From NCBI GenBank assembly GCA_022402535.1, contig JAKRSD010000020.1, positions 221,341 to 285,340 of the forward strand: a stretch of DNA of 64,000 bases, given 5' to 3'. The notes beneath the pieces were generated by a model. It made no database searches. It was not told the DNA's origin and was given only the letters and a program-made list of their open reading frames with translations. Made by a program: the position numbers and the translations under genes. Shown in pieces: positions 1 to 9,782 of the stretch (positions are counted from its first letter, which is position 1; every line of letters starts with the position of its first letter). The DNA is from Flavobacteriales bacterium (GTDB taxonomy: Bacteria; Bacteroidota; Bacteroidia; CAIKAF01).

Positions 1-140
1 AAATCCGTCAGATTAATGAAAAATACTCCTCCGGAGTGCGCACATTCAGCGGTGCTGCCATCAACGCAACATTTATTCTTTTAATCCTGGCTATAGTTTC
101 TGTATTTGGTATGGAAGCATACAGGAAGATTAAAAAATAA
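1..140 (+). CDS. 3' end of a membrane protein of the exbB/exbD cluster (partial)
   Basis: Open frame from nt 3 (IRQINEKYSSGVRTFSGAAINATFILLILAIVSVFGMEAYRKIKK*) with a hydrophobic helix, stopping 6 nt before exbD. Confidence 0.6.
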   Translation, partial: IRQINEKYSSGVRTFSGAAINATFILLILAIVSVFGMEAYRKIKK

Positions 141-146
141 TTTCTC

Positions 147-764
147 ATGGCTAGACAGAAGAAGAAAAGAGAAGTTCAGGAAATTAATGCGAGTTCCATG
201 GCGGATATCGCGTTCCTGTTGTTGGTCTTCTTTCTGGTAACTACAACGTTTGATTCCGATTATGGAATTCAGAGAAGATTACCTGAGAAGCCGCCCAGTG
301 ATCAGCCGCCTCCACCTCCCATCAACCGTAGAAACATATTCCTGATTCTTGTAAACAGCAAGGACGAAATGTATGTAAACGGTGAAGTTGGCGACATAAA
401 CCTTTTGAAAGAAGAAGTTAAGAATTTTATTCTTAATCCTACAAACGACGAAACGCTTTCTGCCAAAAAAGAAGTGGTGTCTGAAAAGTGGGGAAAAACA
501 ATTCTGGTGTCAAAAGGAGTTGTGTCTTTGCAAACCGACAGAAATACGTCTTACAACCGTTACATTGAAGTACAGAATGTACTCGCTGCTGCTTTTAATG
601 ACCTTAAAAATGATTTAGCACTTTCCGAGTTTAAAACATCTTACGATGAGTTAAAAGAAATGGCGACCAAAGGAAATGTAAAGGCAAAAGAAAATGTGGA
701 AAAAGTAGATGAAGCTATTCCGCTTAGTATTTCTGAAGCTACTCCAAGAAAATCAGGCAGTTAA
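147..764 (+). CDS. exbD: Biopolymer transport protein ExbD/TolR family
   Basis: EINASSMADIAFLLLVFFLVTT N-terminal TM motif with conserved Asp. Confidence 0.9.
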   Translation: MARQKKKREVQEINASSMADIAFLLLVFFLVTTTFDSDYGIQRRLPEKPPSDQPPPPPINRRNIFLILVNSKDEMYVNGEVGDINLLKEEVKNFILNPTNDETLSAKKEVVSEKWGKTILVSKGVVSLQTDRNTSYNRYIEVQNVLAAAFNDLKNDLALSEFKTSYDELKEMATKGNVKAKENVEKVDEAIPLSISEATPRKSGS

Positions 765-779
765 TTAAATTATTGAATC

Positions 780-1244
780 ATGTTCAGAAAAAAAGGTTCA
801 AAATCACTTCCTGCGGTATCCACGGCATCTTTGCCGGATATTGTATTCATGTTATTATTCTTCTTCATGGTATCTACCAAAATGAAAGAAATAACATTGA
901 AAGTTGAAGTTAAAAAACCCAACGCTTCAGCTGCTGCAAAGCTGGAAGATGAATCTCTTGTTAAAACCGTTTATATCGGTAAGCCCACGGCTGAGCTTCG
1001 TGCACAGTTTGGAACAGAGCCACGTATTCAGTTGAATGATGTGTTGGCAAACGATGTATCCGATTTGGATGCTGCCGTACAAGACTGGAGAAATGAGATT
1101 AACGAAGCAGAGCGATTAAAAATGACCATCAACCTTAAAATTGATAAGGAAACCAAAATGGGTATCGTTACCGATGTCAAGGATAGACTTCGTGAAGTGA
1201 ATGCGCTCAAAATCAGCTATTCATCCATGAAGGCAAAAGAATAA
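780..1244 (+). CDS. exbD: Biopolymer transport protein ExbD/TolR family (second copy)
   Basis: STASLPDIVFMLLFFFMV motif; IDKETKMGIVTDVK periplasmic motif. Confidence 0.9.
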   Translation: MFRKKGSKSLPAVSTASLPDIVFMLLFFFMVSTKMKEITLKVEVKKPNASAAAKLEDESLVKTVYIGKPTAELRAQFGTEPRIQLNDVLANDVSDLDAAVQDWRNEINEAERLKMTINLKIDKETKMGIVTDVKDRLREVNALKISYSSMKAKE

Positions 1245-1265
1245 TTCTTTTTTACTTAAATATTG

Positions 1266-1299
1266 AACGGGTATTGCGAAAGCGATACCCGTTTTTTTT
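1266..1299 (+). terminator. Intrinsic terminator after exbD pair
   Basis: AACGGGTATTGC-GAAA-GCGATACCCGTT followed by T-tract. Confidence 0.85.
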
Positions 1300-2380
1300 A
1301 TCGCTGGGCTTTTGATAAAAGATAAAAGGCGATAAACAAAAAAATCAGATTGGGCAACCAAACAGCCAACAGAGGATTCATAATGCCGCTTACGGCATAC
1401 GTGGTGCTCACTTTGTCGAAAAAAATGTAGGTAAACCCTAATCCGATTCCTATTCCGATATGAAGTCCGATTCCGCCTCTTACTTTTCGTCCGGCCAACG
1501 GAACGGCAATCAACGTTAAAATCAGCGTAGAAAAAGGGGTTGCCAGCCGTTTGTATTTTTCCACCAGATAATAGGGTATCAGTGTACTGCCCATGCTGAT
1601 TTCTTCGGAAATAAATGTGTTTAGTTCAAACCAATCCATAGTACTTACGTCCAAATTACGGTCGCTGAATAATTGTGGGGTAAATGAAAAAATGGTATCC
1701 ATTTCTTCGCTTCTCTTAATTACTTCTCCTTCGGGAGAAATAAACCGTTCCAAGATCGTATTCAGTTTCCAACGGCCCGAAAGGGAATCATATTTTACGG
1801 ATTGTGCCATCAGTTTATATCGCAGTCCGGAATCATCAAACCGCTCTATAGAAAATTTATTTCCGGTAGAGGCTTTTGCCATCCAGAATTCCATATACAA
1901 AAACTCATTTTCAGCGAGTCTTCTATGAATATTACGAGGTGTCCAGCTTCGTTGGCCGAAATACTCCTTCTCAAAAGCCACTTTTTTGAGATTGGATTGC
2001 GGTATCACGAAATTGATGAAGAAGATAAGAAAAACAGAAACAAGCAGTGCCGTGAATGCAAATGGAGCTACAAAACGCTTATAGCTTACACCTGATGCCA
2101 AAATTGCAATAATCTCAGACCGGAAAGCCATCCGTGACGTGAAATAAATTACAGAAATAAACACAAACAACGGCGCAAACAAACCGGCGAAATAGGGAAT
2201 AAAGTTCAGGTAGTAATCAAAAACGATTTCCCCAGTGGTGGGTATTTTCCCATGTTTACCCATGAAATCGTCAATTTTTTCTGAGAGATCAAATACAATG
2301 GATAAGGCAATGATAAGACCCAAAGCCACAAAAAATGTGGTTAAATATTTAACGATAATATATCTATCAATCCGCTTCAT
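1298..2380 (-). CDS. lptG: LPS export ABC transporter permease LptF/LptG family
   Basis: MKRIDRYII start, SEIIAILASGVS motif, 3+3 TM layout, PLLAVWLPNLIF C-terminus. Confidence 0.85.
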   Translation of the reverse strand: MKRIDRYIIVKYLTTFFVALGLIIALSIVFDLSEKIDDFMGKHGKIPTTGEIVFDYYLNFIPYFAGLFAPLFVFISVIYFTSRMAFRSEIIAILASGVSYKRFVAPFAFTALLVSVFLIFFINFVIPQSNLKKVAFEKEYFGQRSWTPRNIHRRLAENEFLYMEFWMAKASTGNKFSIERFDDSGLRYKLMAQSVKYDSLSGRWKLNTILERFISPEGEVIKRSEEMDTIFSFTPQLFSDRNLDVSTMDWFELNTFISEEISMGSTLIPYYLVEKYKRLATPFSTLILTLIAVPLAGRKVRGGIGLHIGIGIGLGFTYIFFDKVSTTYAVSGIMNPLLAVWLPNLIFLFIAFYLLSKAQR

Positions 2381-2452
2381 GGGCGCACAAAGAAACGCAT
2401 TTTAAGGCAATGCATTGTTCACCGGGTTCGTAGATTTATCCGTAAACTTGCG

Positions 2453-3652
2453 TTGCCAATGCATACTACTGTGATTCGTTTCCTGACAGACGATATTTTA
2501 TCAAAACATGCTGTTTTTCTTGCAGAAACCCATACCCCCGATGGATATGAAGATTCCTATTCAACGTTTAACCAAATATTGGCATTCTCTAATTCAAAAT
2601 CAGCCGTTACAATTCCTGAAGATTGGAAACCGGGCCCAAAACCTTTGGCGGGTTTTTTTGGCTATGATTTAAAAAACAAGTTTGAGAAACTTCAGTCCAA
2701 AGGAGAGAACCTGACAGGTTTTCCTGAGATGGCTTTTTTTGAGCCTCAGGGCTGGTTTGAAAATGAGGCCTTTTTGATAGAGGACCGTTTTGCCAGACCT
2801 ATCCCTTCATCTATCCGACTTATTCCCCGTTTTAACAAAGAGGAATATATCCGCGTCTTTGGTGAACTTCAGAAACATCTTCGGTTCGGCGATATTTATG
2901 AAGTTACGTTTGCCATGGAGTTTTATTCGGCTCCGGTTTTTTTAGATCCGTTTTCGTTGTATGTAAAATTAACCGAAGCTTCGCCCATGCCCTTCAGCTG
3001 TTTTTTTAAATGGGGTAATTCGTATCTGATGTGCGCATCTCCCGAGCGGTTTTTGGCAGGAAGGGAGGATACAATTATCAGTCAGCCGATGAAAGGAACC
3101 GCTGCCCGTTATGGGGCTGAGCATGATGAAAAAACGAAACGTAATTTGGTTGAAAGCGAAAAGGAACGGAGTGAAAATATTATGATTGTAGATTTGGTCA
3201 GAAATGATTTGGCCAAATGCGCCGTACCCGGGTCGGTTAAGGTAGATGAACTTTGTGGTGTGTATCCGTTTCCGGGCGTATTTCAGCTGATTTCTAGCAT
3301 TTCGTGCCAAAAAAGAAAAGACCGTACCCATGCCGATTTAATTAAAGCCGCTTTCCCGCCGGGAAGTATGACGGGCGCACCCAAAATAAGGGCGATGGAA
3401 ATTATCGAACAATACGAAAATGCTTCCAGAGGTATATTCAGCGGTGCGGTGGGCTATCTGCTTCCCAACGGGGATTTTGATTTAAACGTGGTCATCAGAA
3501 GTCTTTTTTATAATGCCGATACCGGAGTTCTTTCTTTCAAAGTGGGAGGAGCCATTACGTTACTTTCTGATGCGGAAGAAGAATATGAGGAATGCTTGCT
3601 GAAAGCGTCGGCCATTGCCCGTATTTTAGGTGTAGATTTGCATCGATTATGA
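2453..3652 (+). CDS. pabB: Aminodeoxychorismate synthase component I (chorismate-binding)
   Basis: GDIYEV, SPERFL, PMKGT, KERSENIMIVDLVRNDL, FPPGSMTGAPK motifs; start uncertain. Confidence 0.85.
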   Translation: MPMHTTVIRFLTDDILSKHAVFLAETHTPDGYEDSYSTFNQILAFSNSKSAVTIPEDWKPGPKPLAGFFGYDLKNKFEKLQSKGENLTGFPEMAFFEPQGWFENEAFLIEDRFARPIPSSIRLIPRFNKEEYIRVFGELQKHLRFGDIYEVTFAMEFYSAPVFLDPFSLYVKLTEASPMPFSCFFKWGNSYLMCASPERFLAGREDTIISQPMKGTAARYGAEHDEKTKRNLVESEKERSENIMIVDLVRNDLAKCAVPGSVKVDELCGVYPFPGVFQLISSISCQKRKDRTHADLIKAAFPPGSMTGAPKIRAMEIIEQYENASRGIFSGAVGYLLPNGDFDLNVVIRSLFYNADTGVLSFKVGGAITLLSDAEEEYEECLLKASAIARILGVDLHRL

Positions 3653-4950
3653 ATTCTTTCCTTCAACAATGTAAAGATTCTATAACCCGTTCGGGCATAA
3701 CTGCTTCTTCAAAACCCTTGTTGGCGTTGAGTGGAGGCGTTGACAGTTCGGTGCTTTTTCATGTTTTATGTTCTCTTCAGATTCCTTTTGCGGCAGCGCA
3801 TGTAAATTATCGGCTTCGTGGAACGGATTCTGAAAACGACGAAGCCTTTTGCCGTACTTTATGCCAAAACCAACATATTCCTTTTCATGTATTGCACGCC
3901 CCTGCTGAATTGAAAAATCAGTCTTCTATTCAGGAAAAAGCGCGTGAAATCCGTTATACCTTTTTTGAATCTCTCATTCGCGAACATCATTATACCCATA
4001 TTCTCACAGCCCACCATGCGGATGACTCGGTGGAGACCTTTTTTATAAATCTTGTGAGGGGGGCAGGAATTCAGGGGTTAAAAGGCATTCCCGAATCTTC
4101 CGGAAACAGAGTAAGGCCGTTGATTCAATGTACGAAAGCAGAAGTGTTACGTTATGCGGCGGAACATAATATTTCATACAGGGAGGATGTTTCCAATCAA
4201 AAAGACCAATATCTGCGAAACCGGATTCGGCACCATGTAATTCCTGCACTGGAGAAGATAGAAACGGGGGCAATCCACAGCATTTCGGAATCGTTGGATA
4301 AAGTAGCCTCTGAGTCGGATCTGCTTCAGTTTTTTGTGAATCAATACAAAGATGACTCCCTCGATTCGGTATCCAAAGAGCAGATTTTTACCTTACCCGA
4401 AAAGTTGAGATCTGTTTTTCTTTTCCGTTTTTTTCAGCCCTATGGAATTCGGTTTTCACAGGCAGAAACCCTGGCAGGTCTTCTACACACCACGAGCGGC
4501 AAAAAAGTGATTACTGCCGGATACCAGATATGGGCAGAACGGGAGCGTTTTATTGCCATACCCCATTCCGCGGAAAAGGAAATAGCTATTGTGATGGATG
4601 AAGATGAAATCCAAATTCCAGGCTATAAAACAGAAATTCAATCGGTTGCGGGTTTTACCATTAACCCCAACCCGCGTATGGCCTTTTTAGATGTGGAGCG
4701 ATTAGAGTTTCCGCTGATTTGGAGAAAATGGGAGCCCGGCGATCAAATGATTCCGTTGGGAATGAAAGGCAAAAAGAACGTCAGTGATATATTGATTGAC
4801 AGGAAGTTGGAAATGAAGGATAAAGATAAAGTCCATGTACTATGCAGCGGAGGTCATATTGTGTGGCTCGAAGGACTCCGAATTGCAGATTCGTCGAAGA
4901 TATCGGAACATACAACCCGTATTTTGGCCATAGTGCCCGAAAACATGTAA
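3649..4950 (+). CDS. tilS: tRNA(Ile)-lysidine synthase
   Basis: ALSGGVDS PP-loop, HVNYRLRG, TAHHADDSVET, YLRNRIRH; ATG 3649 overlaps the pabB stop (ATGA). Confidence 0.92.
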   Translation: MNSFLQQCKDSITRSGITASSKPLLALSGGVDSSVLFHVLCSLQIPFAAAHVNYRLRGTDSENDEAFCRTLCQNQHIPFHVLHAPAELKNQSSIQEKAREIRYTFFESLIREHHYTHILTAHHADDSVETFFINLVRGAGIQGLKGIPESSGNRVRPLIQCTKAEVLRYAAEHNISYREDVSNQKDQYLRNRIRHHVIPALEKIETGAIHSISESLDKVASESDLLQFFVNQYKDDSLDSVSKEQIFTLPEKLRSVFLFRFFQPYGIRFSQAETLAGLLHTTSGKKVITAGYQIWAERERFIAIPHSAEKEIAIVMDEDEIQIPGYKTEIQSVAGFTINPNPRMAFLDVERLEFPLIWRKWEPGDQMIPLGMKGKKNVSDILIDRKLEMKDKDKVHVLCSGGHIVWLEGLRIADSSKISEHTTRILAIVPENM

Positions 4951-5010
4951 CCACCCCATGAATTTCACGTTGAAAGGCTTACTTTTACAATAACAAACAA
5001 AAAACAGACA

Positions 5011-5613
5011 ATGAATATTCGTAAGCAAATCATGGCCGCTTTGGCCATTCTGGTATTGGCAACCGGTTTTTCGGGATGTGGATATAATGGCATGGTAAAC
5101 CGTGAGGAAGCCATTGACGGAAAATGGGCTCAGGTGGAAAATCAATATCAACGCCGGGCCGACTTGATTCCGAACTTGGTTGAAACCGTGAAAGGTGCCG
5201 CCGATTTTGAGAAAGGAACGCTGGAAAGTGTGATAGAAGCCCGTTCCAATGCTACTTCAGTAAAGTTGGATGCCAACGATTTAACGGAAGAAAATCTGGC
5301 GAAATTTCAAGCAGCTCAGGATCAACTTTCCGGAGCGTTGAGCCGGTTGATGGTTGTCGTAGAGCGATATCCCGAACTAAAAGCCACACAGGCTTTTCAG
5401 GATTTGATGGTGCAGCTGGAAGGAACCGAAAACCGTATATCGGTGGAACGTAAAAACTTCAATGATGCCGTGTTGGACTATAATGCCTTTATCCGCAGAT
5501 TTCCCAATAATATTACGGCTTCACTATTTGGCTTTGAGAAAAAAGCCTACTTCAAATCACAGGAAGGCGCTGATACGGCCCCAAAAGTAGATTTTGGCGC
5601 AAAAAAGGAATAA
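5011..5613 (+). CDS. lemA: LemA family protein
   Basis: YQRRADLIPNLVETVKG, ERYPELKA, LEGTENRISVER motifs; lipobox-like FSGC. Confidence 0.92.
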   Translation: MNIRKQIMAALAILVLATGFSGCGYNGMVNREEAIDGKWAQVENQYQRRADLIPNLVETVKGAADFEKGTLESVIEARSNATSVKLDANDLTEENLAKFQAAQDQLSGALSRLMVVVERYPELKATQAFQDLMVQLEGTENRISVERKNFNDAVLDYNAFIRRFPNNITASLFGFEKKAYFKSQEGADTAPKVDFGAKKE

Positions 5614-5754
5614 GTACTATTCTTTTATGAACTTTCGGTTTGCTTTTTCATGCATTAGAACCGATTTAACTAAAAATTGAGCATAATTAACAACGATTTA
5701 CGGCGGGGCATTGCCCCGCTTTTGTTTACTTTGGTCTCTTGTAATTTTTTTCAG

Positions 5755-7794
5755 ATGCGTAAACTCTTTATACTTCTGTTTTTTGTATCCGGATATCTGG
5801 GTGTTAAAGCCCAAATGCAAACCCCTGTAACCTGGACACACGAGTTCAAAAGTACGGGGGCCGGTGAAGGCGAAATTCAAATAAAAGCCAGCATTCAGAA
5901 CGGATGGCATTTATACTCACAGAAAACAGACCCTGTGTTTTTACCTCTGGTGTTTTCTTACCCCAAAAGCGCATGCTACGAGCGGGTGGGTAAAACCGTA
6001 GAACCCAAACCGCATAAAGATTATTACGATGATTTGATGCAGGGGCAGGCCCGCTATTTTGAAAAGGAAGTCGTTTTCAAACAGAAGATTAAACTACTCA
6101 CCGATGGAGACTTTGAGGTAGTAGTAAATATTGAAGGCCAGGCTTGCGATGATGAAACGGGCATGTGTGTGCAGACACCCGCCACATTGAAAATTCAGGT
6201 AAAAGGCACATCCGGAAAACCGGCCGATTGCAAAAGTGCCGGGAATAATAATGAAACAGTTCCTGCCGATAGTGCTAAAGGATTTGAGGGCACGGAGACC
6301 CCGGTGGATGTTAATCCCGATTCAGCACCAACAACAGTAAACGAACCAGAAAAACTGACTCCGGAAGCGTTGGCTAAATTAGACCCGTCGTGTGGTGAAG
6401 GAACTTCAAAAAAAGAAGACCGTTCGTTCTGGGGAATTTTTATTGCCGGATTTTTAGGCGGCTTTTTAGCTTTACTTACCCCCTGTGTATTCCCCATGGT
6501 GCCGCTTACGGTGAGTTACTTCACCAAAAAAAGCGGAGGCCGTGCCAAAGGGCTTATGAACGCGCTGATATATGCGCTTTCCATTATGGTTATTTATACC
6601 ACACTCGGATTTGTAGTCACTAAAATATTTGGTCCGGAAGCGCTCAATCAGATGGCAACGAATGTGTATTTCAATCTGGCTTTCTTTGTCATTTTCGTGG
6701 TGTTTGCCGTTTCTTTCTTTGGAGCGTTTGAAATTACCTTACCCAGCTGGCTGGTCAACAAAGCCGACCAGGCATCAAACAAAGGCGGGTTGATTGGTAT
6801 CTTTTTCATGGCCTTCACCCTTTCACTGGTTTCTTTTTCGTGTACAGGTCCAATCATCGGCACTTTGTTGGTGGAAGCCGCCGCCGGAGGGAGTAATGCC
6901 GGTCCTTTGGTGGGTATGTTCGGATTCTCTTTGGCTTTGGCTCTTCCTTTTGCTCTATTTGCGGCATTCCCCGGCTTTTTGCAGAGTCTTCCCAAATCGG
7001 GCGGATGGCTGAACAGCGTTAAAATCATATTGGGATTTTTGGAGTTGGCACTGGCCATGAAATTCCTTTCCAATGTTGATTTGGCATACCATTGGGGTTT
7101 TCTCAAAAGAGAACTTTTCCTCGCGATTTGGATCGTTATTTTCAGCTTGATGGGCATGTATCTGCTCGGGAAAATAAAATTCAAAAGTGATACCGACACG
7201 GATAAAACCAGCATCTCGGGCTTAATCATGGCCATACTTACTTTTAGTTTTGTGGTGTATCTCATTCCCGGTTTGTGGGGTGCTCCCTTGCGTTTAATCA
7301 GTGGTTTTCCTCCCCCTGATTTTTACAAAGAATGGACTTCGGGCGAAGAAAGTTCATGTCCGCTGGGCTTAGATTGCGGACACGATTACAATGAAGGCAT
7401 TGCAAGAGGTAAACGAGAAAATAAACCCATCATGTTGGATTTTACGGGTTGGAATTGCCCGAATTGCCGAAGAATGGAAGAAAACGTGTGGCCTAAAAAA
7501 GAAGTATACGACCGCATAAAGAACGACTATGTGTTGGTTTCGCTTTATTGTGATGATAAACAGTCGTTACCCAAACCCGAAGTAATCGGAAACCGAACGG
7601 CAGAAACCATAGGCCAGAAATGGAGCTATTTTCAGCAGGATTACTACAACAATAATGCACAGCCGTTTTATGTGCTCATAGACCATGAAGGCCGCTTACT
7701 TGCCGAACCACAAGGATATACTCCGTCTTCAGCCGATTTTGCCAAATACCTGGAATCAGGGCTTTGCCGCTTTAAAAACGGAAGGGAAGAGTAA
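5755..7794 (+). CDS. dsbD: Thiol:disulfide interchange protein DsbD-like
   Basis: Signal peptide, N-terminal GWHLYS domain, LTPCVFPM and FSCTGP TM cysteines, C-terminal thioredoxin WNCPNC. Confidence 0.88.
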   Translation: MRKLFILLFFVSGYLGVKAQMQTPVTWTHEFKSTGAGEGEIQIKASIQNGWHLYSQKTDPVFLPLVFSYPKSACYERVGKTVEPKPHKDYYDDLMQGQARYFEKEVVFKQKIKLLTDGDFEVVVNIEGQACDDETGMCVQTPATLKIQVKGTSGKPADCKSAGNNNETVPADSAKGFEGTETPVDVNPDSAPTTVNEPEKLTPEALAKLDPSCGEGTSKKEDRSFWGIFIAGFLGGFLALLTPCVFPMVPLTVSYFTKKSGGRAKGLMNALIYALSIMVIYTTLGFVVTKIFGPEALNQMATNVYFNLAFFVIFVVFAVSFFGAFEITLPSWLVNKADQASNKGGLIGIFFMAFTLSLVSFSCTGPIIGTLLVEAAAGGSNAGPLVGMFGFSLALALPFALFAAFPGFLQSLPKSGGWLNSVKIILGFLELALAMKFLSNVDLAYHWGFLKRELFLAIWIVIFSLMGMYLLGKIKFKSDTDTDKTSISGLIMAILTFSFVVYLIPGLWGAPLRLISGFPPPDFYKEWTSGEESSCPLGLDCGHDYNEGIARGKRENKPIMLDFTGWNCPNCRRMEENVWPKKEVYDRIKNDYVLVSLYCDDKQSLPKPEVIGNRTAETIGQKWSYFQQDYYNNNAQPFYVLIDHEGRLLAEPQGYTPSSADFAKYLESGLCRFKNGREE

Positions 7795-7828
7795 ATTAAA
7801 TTTGATAATTTATTCCGCATACGGTTAC

Positions 7829-7868
7829 TACTACGTGCCCCTCGATAGCCATCGGGGGCTTCGCTTTG
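7829..7868 (+). repeat. 40-bp palindromic mini-repeat, copy 1
   Basis: TACTACGTGCCCCTCGATAGCCATCGGGGGCTTCGCTTTG; 37/40 identical to the reverse complement of 18425-18464. Confidence 0.85.
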
Positions 7869-8036
7869 CGCTTTGCTTCGTGCGTTGCATGCCCACGAAA
7901 GTGTTCGGGGTTGCGCTCCGGATAATTGAGGCGTACGAATAATTTAGTGAATTTTACTTTGCATTTTGTTTGAACTAGTAGCCAAGACTTGAAAAAGTCT
8001 AAATACTCACTACTAAATACCCAATACTGTTCCCCA

Positions 8037-9782
8037 TTAAAACTGGAAATAAATAAACGCCTGCAGTTCGCCGGTTACGGCCTGATAAACCACAAATACA
8101 ATCAATGCCGTGATAATGGACATAAGCGGTAAAGGGAGGTTGGCAAATCCGTTACGATATTTTTCTTTGAATGATTCCGGAAGCCAGTGTACAATAAATC
8201 CGATCAGGGTAATGATAAAAACGTATTTATAGGCCCACAACACATCAAAGGCCAATCCTAGGCTAAAGTTGTATCGCATCTGGTTGATGACCTCTTTGGC
8301 GGTAAGTAGATCGGGACTACGGAAAAAGATTCTTGTAAAACTGATGAATAAAAAGGTGATTCCGATTCCCCAGATACGGGTTGCCGTGTTATTAATTCCG
8401 GTTAACGGGCTGATTTTTTTCCAACGTTTAAAAAGCACAAGCCCCAAACCATTCAGTCCGCCCCAGATGATAAACATCCAACTGGCCCCATGCCAAAGTC
8501 CGCCAATCAGCATGGTCAGCATCAGATTTATTTCGGTGGTAATTGCATTGCGAAGCGCGTCGAAACGGCCATAGCCTATCATGTATATGAGCAAGGCAAT
8601 GGGTGCAAATAATGCCAATACACCCATGCTGGAAAAAATGAAAAGATCACCGGCTTTCAGAGTGGCCGTTTTGGCAAAATCGTTTTCGAAATAATTGAAG
8701 GTTAATAGTCCGACAAGCAGACCGATTAAAACCAACCAGAAGAAGGTTCCCCGGCTTGCTTTTCGGTTTCCGCCCAACGGAATGTATAAATAATCGCGGA
8801 GCCAGGTGGAAAGTGAAATATGCCATCTTCTCCAAAAATCCGCGACATCTTCGGCTTTATAAGGTGAATTAAAGTTTTTGGTAAGCTGAAAACCCATAAG
8901 CATGGCCACTCCGATGGCAATATCCGTATAGCCCGAAAAATCGCAGTACACCTGAAGCGAATATCCCATAACGGCTAAAAAGTTTTCCAACCCCGTGTAC
9001 ATGGTGGGATTGGCATATACCCGGTCTATAAAATTCACGGCAATGTAATCGCCTATAAAAAGCTTTTTTACCAATCCGTTTAAAATCCAAAAAACACCCA
9101 TGCCGAACTGCTGACGGGTAAGACTATATGGCTTATAAATCTGCGGTATAAATTCGGATGCCCTTACGATTGGTCCTGCCACCAACTGGGGGAAAAACGA
9201 AACATAAAACCCAAAATCCAGCAGGTTTTTAGCGGGTGTCAGTTTCCGGTTGTAAATATCTACCGTGTAGCTGATGGTTTGAAACGTGTAAAACGAAATC
9301 CCTACGGGTAAAATAATTTTATCCACCCGGAACCAATCCTTACCCGATACATCATTCGCAAATTTTGCCAGATGGTTCAGCACTTCATAGTCCGTATTAA
9401 AAATGCTGTTGTAGCTTTCCGTGAAAAAGTATGCGTATTTGAAATAACATAAGATGGCCAGATTTACCGTAACAGAAATGGAAGTAAGTATAAGTCGTAA
9501 ATTTTCATTTTTGCTTCTGTGTAAAGTTCTCCCGATAAAGAAGTCCATATTGATGGTAAACAGCAAAAGCAGGAAAAACAAACCGCTAGTTTTGTAGTAA
9601 AAGAAAATACTTACGGCAAATAAAAACAGGCTGCGAAGCGGCTTTTTGGAATACAGGACCGAGTCTATCAGTAATACAAACGCAAAAAAAGCCCAGAAAA
9701 AAAACTTGGTAAAAATAAGGGGCGATTCAGGATTAAAAAAGATTAACCCTTTGATAAATGCTAAAACTGACTCAGTTGTCAT
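8037..9782 (-). CDS. MBOAT family O-acyltransferase (AlgI/PatA-like)
   Basis: LPVGISFYTFQTISY, FFPQLVAGPIVR, DFSGYTDIA, FWRRWHISLS, GLWHGA catalytic His. Confidence 0.92.
   Translation of the reverse strand: MTTESVLAFIKGLIFFNPESPLIFTKFFFWAFFAFVLLIDSVLYSKKPLRSLFLFAVSIFFYYKTSGLFFLLLLFTINMDFFIGRTLHRSKNENLRLILTSISVTVNLAILCYFKYAYFFTESYNSIFNTDYEVLNHLAKFANDVSGKDWFRVDKIILPVGISFYTFQTISYTVDIYNRKLTPAKNLLDFGFYVSFFPQLVAGPIVRASEFIPQIYKPYSLTRQQFGMGVFWILNGLVKKLFIGDYIAVNFIDRVYANPTMYTGLENFLAVMGYSLQVYCDFSGYTDIAIGVAMLMGFQLTKNFNSPYKAEDVADFWRRWHISLSTWLRDYLYIPLGGNRKASRGTFFWLVLIGLLVGLLTFNYFENDFAKTATLKAGDLFIFSSMGVLALFAPIALLIYMIGYGRFDALRNAITTEINLMLTMLIGGLWHGASWMFIIWGGLNGLGLVLFKRWKKISPLTGINNTATRIWGIGITFLFISFTRIFFRSPDLLTAKEVINQMRYNFSLGLAFDVLWAYKYVFIITLIGFIVHWLPESFKEKYRNGFANLPLPLMSIITALIVFVVYQAVTGELQAFIYFQF

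Noticed and set aside
147..1244. Tandem exbD genes as a novel motor
   Set aside because: Two ExbD paralogues after exbB are usual in Bacteroidota
7685..7942. 85-aa ORF after dsbD
   Set aside because: Overlaps dsbD out of frame and runs through repeat DNA
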